Shown here: positions 22,257 to 36,300 of the stretch, in pieces
Layout of the letters: each line of letters starts with the position of its first letter
Position numbering within the stretch: position 1 is the first letter of the stretch
Source of the DNA: Selaginella moellendorffii
Lineage: Eukaryota; Plantae; Lycopodiophyta
Reading direction: 5' to 3'
Assembly (NCBI RefSeq): GCF_000143415.4
Contig: NW_003314277.1
Coordinates: 614,642-678,641, forward strand
DNA: 64,000 bases
Translations under genes and position numbers: made by a program
The notes under the pieces: generated by a model
Database searches by the model: none
What the model was told of the DNA's origin: nothing
Seen by the model: only the letters and a program-made list of their open reading frames with translations

Positions 22257-24216
22257 TACCTATGTGTTTCCATAAAACCTGAGCTAATAAATATTATAAT
22301 AAAGTTAACTTTAGTTTTCAACTAAATTTAACTTTCATCTTGAATCAAGATCATGCCCACAACTCAATTTTTTCTAAATTCTCTAATCTCATCTTTGATA
22401 AACACAAATTTCATCTTGATTGAACGGTTTGTAAATTGAGAGCTACTACGTTCCTGAAGTTGCCATCTAACCGTTGGATAGCACATCATGTTTTAAACAG
22501 TATTACTCTGTGAGGTCCCACTAATCACACAAGATGTGGATCTCAATATAAGTTGGACTTTTTTATTTTGTTTGTGGCCCAAGTACACATGGACTCCACA
22601 GACCCTTGATGATGCTATTGTGATCCCCCTGGAGGAGATGCATTTTGCAGTACAAGTTCCATTCTTCCTTCCCTCACCTTGCACTTGGCAAGTCTACCAC
22701 ACTGATGGAGTTTGACCCTCCAGCCAGTTTTGAAATAGAAGAACATAGCAACTGAGATGGGTGTGGTGGTCGTGCTCATGGACGCATTGTAGGCATGGTG
22801 GCAGACCACAGTGTTTTGGGTGCCTGAGGACATTACCACAAATTGTGGGAATCACCATCAAGCTACAATTGCACATGTAGGTGAAAATGTAGAATTGTTC
22901 CTTGTAGATAGTCAGTGTCAAGGGGCTAAAGTGTGTTTGTGACTGAGACCAAGACAAGATTCATATGTTTTTGTTTTTTAGACTAAGTGTAATTAATTAG
23001 TAAAATATTAGCAATAATCTAATAATATAGGACAAGGGAAGAATGTGAGCAAGTGAGTGGTATGATGGAGAGTAACATTGGTGTCATTAACGATGACAAT
23101 ACTGAGGAGGATAAACCTCTAGATGGCTACAACAATTAACATTGGAGCAAGGAGGCTCTAATTCACAGCAGTGGTTCTCCATATTTACTCCTCTTGGTGT
23201 CTTGGAGTTTTGCAACATAGTCTAAAGTTTCAAAGGGTTTCTCTTTTGACATTCATAGATTATAAGAATACTTTTTCTCTATCCTTCACTCTCTTCAGTA
23301 TATGGTATGGAGTTCATTTATTTTCTCTAGTTTTGGTGGATTCTAGCTCAGCAATTTCCTCCATTTACTGCTCTATTGTTTGAAGTTTAGCAATATCTCC
23401 ACAATGTCATATGTGAGGTTGTTAGAACCAATTCAAGTTTCTCGTCTATTTGAATTAGTCACATACAACTTCATAGGGCCATTTCCACAATCCACAATTA
23501 ATATATGGTTGAGCTGTGTGCACTAAATATAACAACAAATTCAGTTGCACAATTACTTATGCAAACAGTAATGTTGTGATATATGGTTGTCCTTAGAGCC
23601 CAGCTTATGAAGTTTTAAAAGTGTTGACATAACATTAAGCTTGCATCAGCTTATCATCTAGAGACAGATGAATTGGTAAAATGACTCAATTGGATGTTCA
23701 AAAAACTGCTTGTGAAGTATATGAATCTGCAATCAAATTGGGATTAATGGTAGTCATTTCTATAATTTGCCTATGTGACCATATCATCATTGATAAAATA
23801 ACAATTAAAGACTCTTGTCAGGGGAGAAAAAAGTATCATTTCCCATTTAAGAGAACCTTAAGTAGATGATATTTTGGAACTATACTTATATATACTTTTT
23901 AATAAGATATACTTTTACCCTTAAAATTGAATTTATAAACCAATTCAGTGTGGAAATAGAAGGAGTAAACTGTGAACTCAGGCATATCCTGGCCCCTAAA
24001 TAAAGGGGTTAAGGAAATAATCTCCTCAGGTTCACATTCAGTAAAAGCGGGGGAAGAGTCGGGTGCAGATGAGTTGGTGTTTCTCTTTGTTTTTTCCCTC
24101 ATTGCATGCAAGATGTCCGATTGTTGGCCAAAAGATGGTAGATCCTTGGTGTACACCCCATCCTCAGTAACTGTGGGATTGACAAAGATTGGAGCCTGTT
24201 CTATTGTCTCAGCAGG

Positions 24217-25900
24217 CTAGATGCCTCCTGTTTTGTGATCGTCCACGTCCTGACCCACATGCAGTGTGGCCACAGGCTGGATTATGATTGTGGTAAGTGC
24301 AGTGGGGGTCCCTTGAGTCTCCTCAAACAATGCACCAGTTGACAAAACAGTAAAAGAAGTTGCTACCATGTTAGTTTCATCATTGCACTGTTCCAGTGAA
24401 GGTGGCAAGGCAGATGCACCTAGGAGGTTTTGAACTTGTGACTGGATGGTGGAGAAGTTCAGTGTAGTTGTGGTCCAGTCCGCATGAAAGAAATCCACTA
24501 TATTGCACTTGACCACTCTGATTTCTGGTAACAACTCATCTTCGATAAGCTCAGGGAAGAGAATCTTCAAGGCTTGATCAAGCTCAGAGTTGCAGGTGAC
24601 AGCCACTTGAGACAAAAGTGGAAGTAGTGACCTGCCATGAGCATTGAGTAAAGTCGCCTTGTGAATACCATCAGTGATCATTGACTCGCCTTTGGACCAT
24701 GTTGTCATGCAAGTGGCCGTGAGGTGCCATGGCCATCCTAGGATGATAGAGTCCTTCAAATTCCTGGATCCTAGTTGTTGAAAGTTCACAACAAGGAAAT
24801 CTAGCATGGAAACCACTCCTTGCACTGAGATCTTGACATTCTAGCAGATGCCTGCAAGAACCATTGAGTGATTAGCAAATATTTTGAGGATGGTAGCTTT
24901 TTTTCCAGAAACTTCCAAGCCACTAGAGTGTGCCAAATTAAGGGAGATGATGTTGCTTTGGGAGCTAGAATCAAGTAATGCTTGTGCTATCAAGGATTCA
25001 TTACCTATTTGGACACCAAGAATGCTCTGGGGTTATGAATGGTTTGGGTATGTATGTCATGCTAAGGTTCCACAAGGAGGCTTGTGGACTTGGCAAAAGC
25101 CTCCAACTGAGAAGTAAAACTGGATGTGGGTAGTGTGGTAGATACCAAAGCATGAGGTAACTTGCACATCATAAGAGACGGTGAAGTTCCAAAAATTGGC
25201 ATTGGATCTTGCACACCATCAATATTTGGGGCTGGAGGGGAACCTTTCTTGCACCCTCTAGTCACAACAACCACTTGATAGCCATCCTCGGAGATGTAAA
25301 CCATATTGACATGCATAGGTGTCTTCCTACAGCTTAATGAAGGGGTGTCTTTGATCATTTTCTACTCCAATTGTTGTTGATATCTGTATGATGGCCATGG
25401 AAGAGAGGTGTTGTCTACTAGAGGCTATTGCTGAATATGCTGGATAAAAGGTGGCCAAAGTTTTGGATGAAGCTTCTAACATCTCTTCATACTATGTGTT
25501 GAAACATCGCAATGCAAGCAATACTAAGAATGAGGAGGATATCTTGGTCTCTTTGCCTACTATAAGTGGTATGCTCTAAGCTCCTCAAGCAGCTTTTCTT
25601 GCATTTATTGCTACTGCTAGATGATCTCCTTATATCCTGTGAGCTCTGACAACAGCTTCTCGGTTGCCAAAGAACTCTATCATCACTGTGCAAGGCTAGA
25701 GAAGAACGGACCATGGCACCACATGACCCCTCATTTGAGGATGGAGGAAAGCATCCTCTACCATGGAAATCGCAAGCTCTTGGAAAAAATCCTGCTCCAG
25801 AATCTTTGTTGCAACAAATGCCTCACGGCACGTCTGAAACTCTCACTTAAGCGTCTTGCATTGAAAATTTTCCTTGAGGTCATAGATGAATGCAGTGATG
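24217..25900 (-). mobile_element. Degenerate Gypsy gag-protease remnant
   Basis: Zinc knuckle CLHCDVSTHSMKRC (~25480-25525); protease ALLDSSSQSNIIS...LDFLVV...IILGWPW. Confidence 0.75.
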
Positions 25901-26212
25901 CCATGTGCCACTGATATTAGCATTAGATAGGCATGTATAACCAGATAGAAATGGAAAGGCTATACAATATAAGTCTTCCATTTTGAAGGAAAAGATCAAG
26001 TTGGCAAAGATGTTGAAGTGCACAATTATAAGGATAAATTACATTAGTGCTGTGGCTATGGAATTTGTTGTTGTGACTAAGTTGTCAAAGGTGCTACCTA
26101 CATTGTTCGAATTTGTGAAAATCCATTTTATATTTGTCTAGATTTTAAGAACAAAGGAAAGGTATATTTAGCTTACAAACATATCTATTATAGTTTTATG
26201 CAAGAACTAAAC

Positions 26213-26869
26213 TATAGCGCATGTGATCATGGGATGAGATTTAGATATACTGTCACTGCGGATTCTTGAATCTTGGGAGATAAATGGGGATAAAATAGAC
26301 ACTAAAGGCTCTTTCATAAAGCAATTACCCCTTTTCCAATTGGCTTAAGAGGAGAGAAATAAAATGTGTTACATATGGTATCAGAATAAGTGGCATAGGT
26401 TGGATTCCCATTGATTGGCTACTTAAAATATAATATACTTTTGAGCAAGGTATATTTCTACCCCTAAAATTGAAGTCATATATATTAGGTATCTATGAGT
26501 ATGTCTTTCATGTTGTAAGACATCAAAAGATGAAGGTATTCACCATGGGATTGCGGTATAAGTGGATGACTAACTGTTTTATATAGAATAATTAGTTTAC
26601 ACAATGAAAGGATTGTATATTCAATATGGAAATGGAGGTGTTAGTTCCCTTTGGCTCAGTAGGGGTTGTTAATCAATAATCAATGAGGACATTGACATTT
26701 CTAAAGGGGGGTGCATGTGATTATGGAATGAGATTTAAATATACTGTCACTATGAATCCTTAGAACTTTGGGGGATAAATAGGGATAAAATAGCCACTAA
26801 AGGCTTTCTCATTAAACAATTGCCCCTTTTCCCAGTTGGTTTAAGAGGAGAGAGATAGGGTGCACTATA
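26213..26869 (+). mobile_element. Old TRIM (miniature LTR retroelement, ~160-bp LTRs)
   Basis: Direct repeats 26213-26373 and 26712-26869; PBS TGGTATCAGA 26376-26385; PPT AAAGGGGGG 26703-26711; solo copy at 63637-63798. Confidence 0.85.
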
Positions 26870-26873
26870 TGAA

Positions 26874-27030
26874 TATAGCACATATAGTTTTTACCTTTTA
26901 TCTTATAGTGATTTATAATAGAATAACCATGAAATAGAACTTAAACCCTCTTTGTGCCACATGCCATGTATTCAAGGACAATAAGAATGAAGGAATGAAG
27001 CCAAACTCCTAAGTATGGAGCCAAGGAATA
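26874..27030 (-). repeat. Ancient fragment of the LTR family of 333-1464
   Basis: Aligns with 333-530 (aaaccctctttgtgccac; gccaaactcc.aag.atggagcc) with many C>T/G>A changes. Confidence 0.7.
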
Positions 27031-27033
27031 AAG

Positions 27034-28330
27034 TGTAAGTAACTAAATTTTCCATTTTACTTTAGTCACTTAATCACATCTATAACCACTTGCCTCCATA
27101 AGTCTTATTTTGGACTTGGGGACTTGTTAGCTTCGTGAATAATATTTATGCCACTTAGCCTTTGCACTTGATGCTCCACATGTTCGATCCCATGACTGAC
27201 ATCCAAAGGCACCACCGACATATCAACCCATTACACTAAGACCATACCCATTCACTTTTGTCACACCAGTGATCCAAAGACTGGGCCATCCGTTCATGAG
27301 TGATCATCCTAGATTCACTCCTTAGCATCCTTAGGATGCATGCGGACATGGGGAATAGCCTTCCTTAATATCCCTTTTATAATCCCCACCAAGTCCTGTT
27401 CTGTCCATGGTTGTGTTTGCCAACAGTGCCACTGGGTCAAAGTCCATAAGCCCAACCACTAAGTCCCATTGTCCTCTGGGACTTCCCTACCATGTGACTA
27501 TATCCTTGGTCACTACACCAAAGGACTGCTCCTCTTCCTTTCCAGAGTCTAGGACTTTAGGATAACATTTCAAAACACCATGGCCCTATGTGAGGTTCAT
27601 GGGTACTCTCCCTACCTTCTGCCTTTGGGTGCTCTAGCCATGTAGCTAGAGCGAGGTTCTGTTGAGCCATGCCAGGTATTCAAGTAGATAGTGCCACTCA
27701 CGCTTGGACTAGGAGCATTGACTATTCGATCTTCCGGGGGAATTAGAGTTAAATTTTGAACACTTCACTAAGCTACCCCACTTGTTAATCTGTATTCACT
27801 CTAGCCTTGAACTCCTCAATGGATATATCATCACCAAAAACATGGGCATAGCCTTCTTAGGTCACACTAGCCTTTCTTGGCCAAAATAGCTCTATTGGAT
27901 TCTCCCTATTATACTTTTGGAACCCCTTGCAATCCCCCCCTTGGGGCATGATCACTTTGGGCTTTCACCCAATAGCCTGTATTAGTATTTGGGCTTGGAC
28001 TTGGACTTGGACTTGAACTCAAACTCGGATTCGGACTTGATCTCGGTCTCGAACTTGGTCTCAGCCTTGGTCGCGGTCTCAGTCTCAATTCCATCTCAAG
28101 TCCATCTCGAACTTCATCTCAAGTCCATCTCAAACTCATCTCAAGTCCATCTCGGACTCCATCTCAGACTCCATCTCAAGTCCATTTCAGACTCCTTTTC
28201 AAACTTCATCTTGGGTCCATCTGGGACTCTATCTGGGACTCCATCTCGCGTCCATCTCAGACTCCATCTTAGGTCCATCTTAGACTCCATCTTAGGTCCA
28301 TCTTGGACTCCATCTCAGACTCCATTTCGG
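27034..28330 (-). mobile_element. Truncated LTR of the family of 59910-61607
   Basis: Starts TGTAA..actaaattttccatt, colinear with 59910 onward, hexamer array at 27990-28325, cut by the LTR at 28331. Confidence 0.85.
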
Positions 28331-29842
28331 TGTAAGGAACCAACTCCCTGAGGTGTTGAAGGCTAAAGGATCCCTGAAAGCATGACCAAAATGATAAAGA
28401 GTTTATTGGATGAGACCGAGTCCAAGATCGAGTTCGAGACCGACTCAAAGACCGAGTTCAAGACCGAGTCCGAGATTGAGTTCGAGACCAACTCCAAGAC
28501 CGAGTTCGAGACCGACGGAGTTCGAGACCGAGTCCAAGATCCAAGATCAGGTCTGAGATTGAGTCCGGGATCGAGTTTGAGACCAAGTCTGAGGTCAAGT
28601 CCGAAGTCGAGTCCGAGACCGAGTTCAAATACTAATATAGGTCATGGGGTGAAAGCCTAAAGCGTGTGTCTCCTGGGGTCCTGGGGGGGGGGGGGGGGGG
28701 GGGGCTGTAGGGGGTTCCAAAAGTATAGTAGGGATAGTGAGGTCTAGGAATCAGTTTTGAAAGAACTCTTCAGTGGTGTTTCCAAATAGGAGTCTAGTGG
28801 TGAGGTTCGGTCGTCCAAGGTTCGATTAAACATTTTAGAAGGAAAATTAGCTCAAACCAATGCCCTGTTGGAGACTCTCATACGCAAGCTAAAGCGTGAC
28901 AAAAAGTGGAAGAAAAAGTGAAAAACTGTAGATGCTGGCAATACAGAAGGCGTGGACCCTTCAGCGGGGACTGAGGCAGAACCGAACAATGTTGAACAAA
29001 CCGAAGTGGAATCAGTCCCTCAAGCAGTTCCCAAGTACAAACCAAAGCCCCCACCGGTCTTCAAGGGAGTGAATGACTATAAGGTGGTAGAAGATTGGTT
29101 TTACGATATGAAGGATTATTTCTGAGCGTTGCGGTTATCGAGCTCGGAGAAGGTCCCATGTGCAAAACCATACTTGGTAGATAATGCCAAACCTTGGTGG
29201 AGAACAACAGAGGCTAACTAAGGACCGGTGGCCACTTGGGAAATGATGAAGATGAGGATCCACACGACATACGTTCCTTCGAATGCTACTTTGCACCTAA
29301 GGGATAAGCTGAGTAAGCTGAAGCAGACCGAAACCATTCAAGAGTATATGAATGGATTTATGGCAAAGATGATATTTATCATGGATACTGGTGATATGGA
29401 TGCATTCCATACTTTTATATCAGGTTTGCAAACCTGGGCTTGAGGTGAGGTGATGTGTTGGAACTTGACCAACTACAAAGAAGCGTTGGATGCAGCTATC
29501 AAGGTGCATTTCAATGATAACCTGCGAAAAGGGAACACGATGGGGTTGGGGTCCATGTTTAGCAAAAGGGCCAAACCAAGGGGGATATATGCCAAAGGGA
29601 AATTCAAGAAGAGTTTCTTTAAGAATGAGTCCTCGGGGTTCCGGAAAGGCAGATCCAATGGCCAACGAGCAAGTATATGGGGGAGTCAAGCAAAAAGGGA
29701 CAAACCCATGGATAAAAAGGTCAAGTTTACTAGTAGTATAGGAAACAATATATACTTTAACTGCAGTGAAGCAAGACACTTTTCGAGGGAATGTCCATAC
29801 CCGAAGAAGGCTAGAGCCAATATGGCCATTAAATCTTGTTGA
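28331..29842 (+). mobile_element. Partial LTR plus gag remnant
   Basis: 28331-~28785 is homologous to the 10652 solo LTR; gag motifs FKG..DYKVVEDWF, AKTWW, LSKLKQ and knuckle YFNCSEARHFSRECP. Confidence 0.85.
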
Positions 29843-29859
29843 TGAAGTGTGCTCCTCAA

Positions 29860-31020
29860 TCTATAACAAGTTCTCAAGGTAGACCATGCCTTGTGATGAT
29901 ATTTTTGTAGGTGAATTTTGCTATGTTTTCACTATTGTAGCCTTTATTGGTTAAGTTTCAACCCATATCTTAATGTAGTCAGTAATTATGAGAATGTATT
30001 TGTTTTGCTTGGAACTTGTTGTAAATGGTCCTACAAAGTCAAATCCCCATTGTTAAAATGGTCATAGGATGAAGTTCTTGATTCTACTTTTTTGGCACAT
30101 ACTTAGTTCTTTTACAAATGTCACATTTTTGGCAAACTTTTGCTAAATAATTCCAGAGTGTTACCACAAAAGTTTAGCTTGTAAAATCTTTCGAGCTGTG
30201 ATTTCTTTTGCAAAGTGTTCTTTTGCTTGTTTGCAGTGAGCTTCTTGAAATAAATTTTGAGTTTCTTCAAGTTGTACATGTCTTCATTATATATTATCTC
30301 ATCCTTTCTTATATAGTCTTCTCCCATGATTGAATATGGTTTTGTCCTCAAAATGAATTGTTTGCATTAGTCAGAAGTAGTGTACTTGCTTAATATCTTT
30401 GTTGTTGTCAAGTAGTGGTAGATATTATATATCCAATTTGGTGAAGTATGGACTTGCAAGATGTTGAAGTCAAAGAAGTTATCCATATTGTACTTTTATT
30501 GCCCGTCTGTCATAATATGGCTAAAGTGGTCAGCTTGTTTGTGTTGTTTGCTGGACTTGTAGATGATCTCGAAATTATATTCTTGAAGGAGTAAGAACCA
30601 TCAGGTAATTTTGCTAGTGAGGATGGTTTTGTTGAAAAGGTGTAAAAATGCTTTATGGTTGATAATAATCTTTATTTTGTTGCCAATGAGGTAATGTCAA
30701 AACTTTTGAAGTGCATAAATCATTTCGAGAGCTTCTTTTTTTTTGTGGTGGTGTAATTCATCTCAACTAAATTGAATATTTGACTAGCATATTAGATTGG
30801 TTGATTTTTATGGTCTTCTTGTTGTTGTGAAAGAATCGCTTTGATTGTGTAGTCGAAGGCATTAACTTGAATGTTGAAGTCTTTGCTCTAGTTTGGTTAA
30901 ACAAGTATTGGAGCTCTTGTTAATGAATTCTTGAGTGTGCTGAAAGCTTCTTGACATTCTTGAGTCCATTTATATACTTGATTCTTCTTTAGGAGTTCAC
31001 TGAGTGGTTTGGCGATTAAG
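29860..31020 (-). mobile_element. Gypsy RT-connection/RNase H/integrase remnant
   Basis: IAKPLSELLKKNQVYKWTQECQEAF; WFLLLQEYNFEIIYK...ADHFS; WGFDFVGPF...KYILIITDY. Confidence 0.85.
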
Positions 31021-31479
31021 TAAGGTTTTTTCTGCTTGTACTTGCATTCTTGCCTTGCCTACAAAACAGTGATAACAAAGATAAGAACATAGGAGAATAG
31101 AAGAAGAGGAAGAAAAATGAGAAGGGAATTCAGCCTTAAACCCCAAAGGTGTGAGTAAAGATAAGCATATGTCACTCTCTCAACTTTACTTTGCACAAAA
31201 AGTCATAAACAAGAGAAAAGATAATTAATTTAACGCAAATGCATACAATAATGAGTGAAGGTTTTTTTCTAACACGTCTAAGTGCTATATATATATTACA
31301 TGATTTTATAATCATTCTTAACTGTTTGTCACCTAGGTCGAGTTTTTCTTCTTTGGATGCTTAAGTTTAGACGTAACTCCATTTTGCCTAAGCTTTCTTC
31401 TTTTGCTTTGTTTAGGATGATACACAAGATAAAACATTTACCTTTTCATCACTCCCTCATAACAAAGTTATTGCCTATC

Positions 31480-32938
31480 CTCAAGCAGTCAGATTCTCCA
31501 AATCTGGCTCCAAGTTGCTAAGCTTACAAGTTTTCATTTTAATTGTTAAGACGGAGCAAAACTTATACTTAAAGATTATGCAAGTGATGGATGAGGGGTA
31601 GAAAAACCTTGAACTACGACAAATTGAGTAGTGCATTTTGAACTTGAAGAAGTCAAAGGTGAAGAAGCTACTTGTGATTGTGGATATTTGACATGATAAA
31701 GATTGGTTATATTGCATTACAGAGATATGCTTGTGATGGTAGTAAGTTAGTCCCTTTTATCTTTGTTATTCCACTTCAAAATCTTTGTCCTTGCAGGAAA
31801 TGGTAAAGCATTTGAAGAATTGATCTATAACATCGCAAAAAGCAAATTCTCCTTCAACGAATAAACCTTTTGCTTGGAGCAACTCAACACTTGGTATCGT
31901 AATAAGGATAAAAGGCTGGAGATCAAGCTTGAGAATGTTATAAAGGAGAAACTTTATATCACTTAGAGTATTGCGGTTGTTGAGGAGCTACTTCAAGCAT
32001 GGGATATAAAATTCCTTACCAATGCCTACACTAGCATAACACTTTTAGAATATGTCCAAGCTTCCCTTTAAGAGCTTGGGATGGATGGCTTTCTAATGGC
32101 AGCTCAAGCTCTATGGATTTCAAGAATCAACTATGCCAACCATTTTTCTCATGTTGCATGGCATATAGGTATATTGCAAAAAATTGACTTGCTTATTTAA
32201 TCATGGCTTTTTTATAGGTATTTAAATCATTGTCCAAGTGCTCTAGTGTATATAGCAAGTGTTTTTCTCAAGCTTTTAACTGATGGGAAGAAGTTTAGCA
32301 TATATGAGCTAGAGTTCCATTGTCCCATTATGTGGGAACGAGAATTTTGTCCATGCTACTTGGAGTTGTAGAGACAAATGCCATTGTCACCTTTTGAGCT
32401 CGATCTCTATCTTGAGTGTCATCCAAGTTTGACGAGTAAAACTTTCTAGCAGTAACTTATGTTTCTACTTTATTATAAAAGCATTTTTGGAGGGAGTGGA
32501 AATGCTTTAGGACAAGAAGGAAATTCATATTGAGCAAACAAAAGAGGAATAAGTGGAGAAGCTAGCTGAAAACTCTCCTGCCCCATCTCATCCTATTGCA
32601 GTTGCTCATTCCCTAGATTCTACTGTCACTGCTCATCCAGCCTCAGCTACTCGAAATGTACGAAGGTAACTCTATAACAAGGACATCCAAGAGAGTAAGA
32701 ACTTGATTTCTAATGACCTTGCTTATTGTAATTTAGTTGTAGATGTCAAAGAAACTAACCAGCACTATATGCTGACATACAAATGCATTCTTTCCATCCC
32801 TCCCCACTACTATAGAGGATGACTTCCAAGATTTGTCTTCATTGGCATCACACAAATAGGTATGAAAAAAAACATGTATTAACTTTAATATTTCTTAGTT
32901 TTGAACACTATTCAAGTTTGCCCTCTTTCTCCTACAAA
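31480..32938 (+). repeat. Degenerate intron-containing repeat, inverted copy of ~59640-62760
   Basis: Colinear reverse-complement similarity to 59640-62760 (minus the solo LTR); cut at the left TIR at 32939. Confidence 0.85.
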
Positions 32939-32960
32939 GCTCTATTTCGTTAAAGTGGGA
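32939..32960 (+). repeat. Left TIR
   Basis: gctctatttcgttaaagtggga; exact reverse complement at 46611-46632. Confidence 0.9.
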
Positions 32961-33378
32961 ATTGTCATTATCCCATTTGTAAAATAAGGTTTCCAAACCT
33001 TTATATAGTATATAAATATAACAAAATTCAACTGCATTGAGGCACATGCCATTTTATTTTAAACAAGGAAATGTCTACTCAATCACTTCTCCTCCCCCTG
33101 CCACTGCTTCACCTCTCTCTTCTCCTTGTCATCGTCGTCCAATTTCTTTCCATCCTTTTAATATTGGCTCAGTTGCTCCGAGTTTAGGTGGAGCCCAAGT
33201 CCCCATTCAATCTTTACTTTCCCCTTATTAATAAAACAACTTCGTAGACTTCCAATAACATGCTGTAACACTTCTAGTATAATGCAAATCCTCTCAAAGA
33301 ATTGTCTTTTAATATTAATACAATGGCATGGAACCCCATGCCATAATAAGTTACATTTTTAAATAAATACATGCCATC

Positions 33379-36300
33379 TCAGACTGTTATTTTTTGCCTC
33401 CAACGCCTATACAATAATCTTGGAATTTCATCACTCTCCACACTATCAGGATTTAAACCCAATAGTAATGCCATCTCTTCTCTAATACGTCCACGCTCAT
33501 GTTCAGTGGTCGAAGAACCCATCCGGTTGAGCAGATTATGGAGATGCGGATAGTGCTTGGCTAGACAATATACATGCCATAAATGATGACTGGTGTCTGT
33601 CCGATCAAATGGCTTCTGATATACCGTTCCATCTGCCATTTGGTTGATTTCTGCAGCCACCTCCTGGACTGGCCGGTTCTCTATCACCATCGCTTCAAGC
33701 CGTTTTGCAAGGTCCCCCAGAACATACGGTTTCTTCTCCCTAGTTTCCATACTGCAAGAGATGGGGTGCACTGCATATGTGTGCGTGTTCACTGCAGTTT
33801 TAATCGGCGAGTCATCGATGATGAGGATTTCACTTGACCTAGCAGTCCGATTCATCACTACAGCCTCTGCCTTGACGAAGATGGGCTTGCTACCCCTCAC
33901 ATGGACCATAGTCAAGCAATCCTCCTGCGTTAGGAGAAAGTCAAATGGTAATATTACTCGCGTCTGATCGTGCATCATCTGTAGCAACGTTAATGCATTG
34001 TGGCGCATCATGGATGTCCAAACTCCCAATTGCAAATTGAACCCTGCCCTCTGTTTTAAGTGTCGCATGGTCATTATTAGATCCCGCAGTTTCTCCCGTG
34101 TGATTAATGTGAATCTGTCTCTTTTGACCAACTTGCGACCGCAGGCTTTGGAGGGTGCAGTGACATTCGAGGACGAGCCACGCTCATGGGAGAAAAGGAC
34201 ACCGTTCAGATCAAAAACGATACAGTACTTTCGCCGTGACTCTGAAATGAAATGCGTCAGCATAAAAAATGGTATAAGTCAATTTTACCATCTACAATAT
34301 TAGCGAATGGTGCTCCCGATGGTCGTTCAGAGGGTTTTGGTCGAGGAAACGTGAAGGGCGGAAATACTCTCCTCTGCAATGTGGGGTCAATCGCATCCGA
34401 TGGCGTGTGGGCACATGCCATTTCAGCTGTAGACTCTGGTACAACTGGCTCAACAGTGGCATGGGGTGGTTCCGATGGCATGTGATCACACACCATTTCA
34501 GCTGGTGCCTCCGTTGGCAAAGTGGACATGACCGAACAGGCAGCAGGGGCGGTGTAGGGAGGTTCCAACGGCGCGTAGTCAGACGATTGGGCACACGTTG
34601 GAAATGAGGATACGACCGGCTCGGCGGCTGGGGCGGCCTCATGCGGGTCCAATGGCGCCTGGTCACCGTCAGTTGGATACGTGGACAAGATTGACTCAGT
34701 GGTATGGGCAGCATCAAGTGGAGCGTGGTCAGCTTGCTTGGCGTTGATATGGATAGTAGCCTCCACCAGCTCTGATGACTCTTGCAGGCAAGTAGAGTCC
34801 ACTGGCGGATCCATATGCATGTCCAAATATCTCCCTTCGATTGAGATGGTATCCTCCCGTGCTACTAAAAACAAACTCATTAGCACATTGAATCGACTAT
34901 ACTGTATTTACCATCAACTGCTATTGAGGAACTAGGACCGATATCACTTGGGCGCACTGCTGATTCTGAAGGATTGGACATACGTTTCGACCCTTGCTTG
35001 GCACTATCCTTCCTCGACACTAAAGGCTAAAGTTTGTATCTTAATTCAACTGAATAATCTCTACTTACCATTTCTTCTGCGACCTACATGGACAATGTTA
35101 GAAATGGTAAAAGGTTAGGAATGGATGTACTATTATTTACCTGATGGTTTGTCTTGTATGACCTTCCTCCGCTGCTCTTTGGCCACCTCAGGCTGGCCAT
35201 CGTCGTCATCATCGTCATCGTCGTTATTGTGATCGTCACCATTGTGAGGACCATCCAAGTCCTCTTCGTCCTCCTCTTCTTCATCCTCCTCTTCTTCGTC
35301 CTCCTCTTCTTTGTCCTCCTCTTCGTCCTTCTGCTCTTCCTGCTCATTATCTTTCTCTGGCTCCTCATCCCCCTCTTGCATTTCTTCCATAGGCTGCTCA
35401 GGCTGGATTGCTTGTTTTTCCAGGACCATCTTGGAAAAATCATCTGGCCGAGTCTCCATCTCAAAATACAAGACATCCATAGCCTGTTTTAGTGCGTGAC
35501 CTAGGACCGTATCCTCACCCGACTGTCTTAACATGGTTTCTGCACGTTCTTGCACCCTTCGAAGACGACGAGATGAGAAAAACGTGGCCCTGACTTGAAA
35601 AGCATCCCTCATCTATTGTACCTCTCCATTGAGATTGGGGAAGGGGAGTCCGCCATAGGAATCTGAGTCAGGAGGTGGTGACTAGCTGCTTTCACTCAGC
35701 CCTTGATCTGCAATGAATGGCATGAGCACACACGCCATAACCGCGAGGCATTACCTATCATCTTTTCGTTGCCCTTCTTCCTTTTCGAATCAAACGCCTC
35801 TGATCCCGACGACTGTCCAACGTGCTTTCGCTTTTTATGACCACTGTCAATTTGAGCTTGGCTGGTGCTTGCCTGTTTTGCCTTTGAAGAAGTGTCTCCT
35901 GCAAGGAATGGCATGAGACCACACGCCATTGCCAATATAATTTGTACCTCCTTTTCTCCTATTGCTTGTCTGTTTGTCCTTCTTCGACGTGCCACCAGTG
36001 CGCTTTTCAGTCCTCGTGTCTGAATAACACAACGATCTATAATCAAAATGGCGTGAGGCCTCACGTGACCTTACCTTGTGCAGGTTGTGAGCTCGGCCCA
36101 ACATGGGTATCTTCAATAGTAGCTGTTAATGCTGTTTCAGCATCTAGGGGTGGCCACGCTCCTGCATACAGAGCTTGTGAGATAACATTTAACCTTAAAG
36201 TGCGTACTCACCAGGTTCGTAGAGAAGATACTGTTTTTCTTTGGCAACTGTAATTATATGCTCCATTGAAGTCACCTCTTTAATGGAGTTTGTCACCGCA

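Noticed and set aside
22300-24200. Short ORFs in AT-rich stretches (also 47700-48830 and 52850-53800)
   Set aside because: No recognisable motif or structure; left unannotated.
25062-25358. VTRGCKKGSP as a LINE RT motif
   Set aside because: It lies between a gag knuckle and a Gypsy protease, and no other LINE motifs are present.
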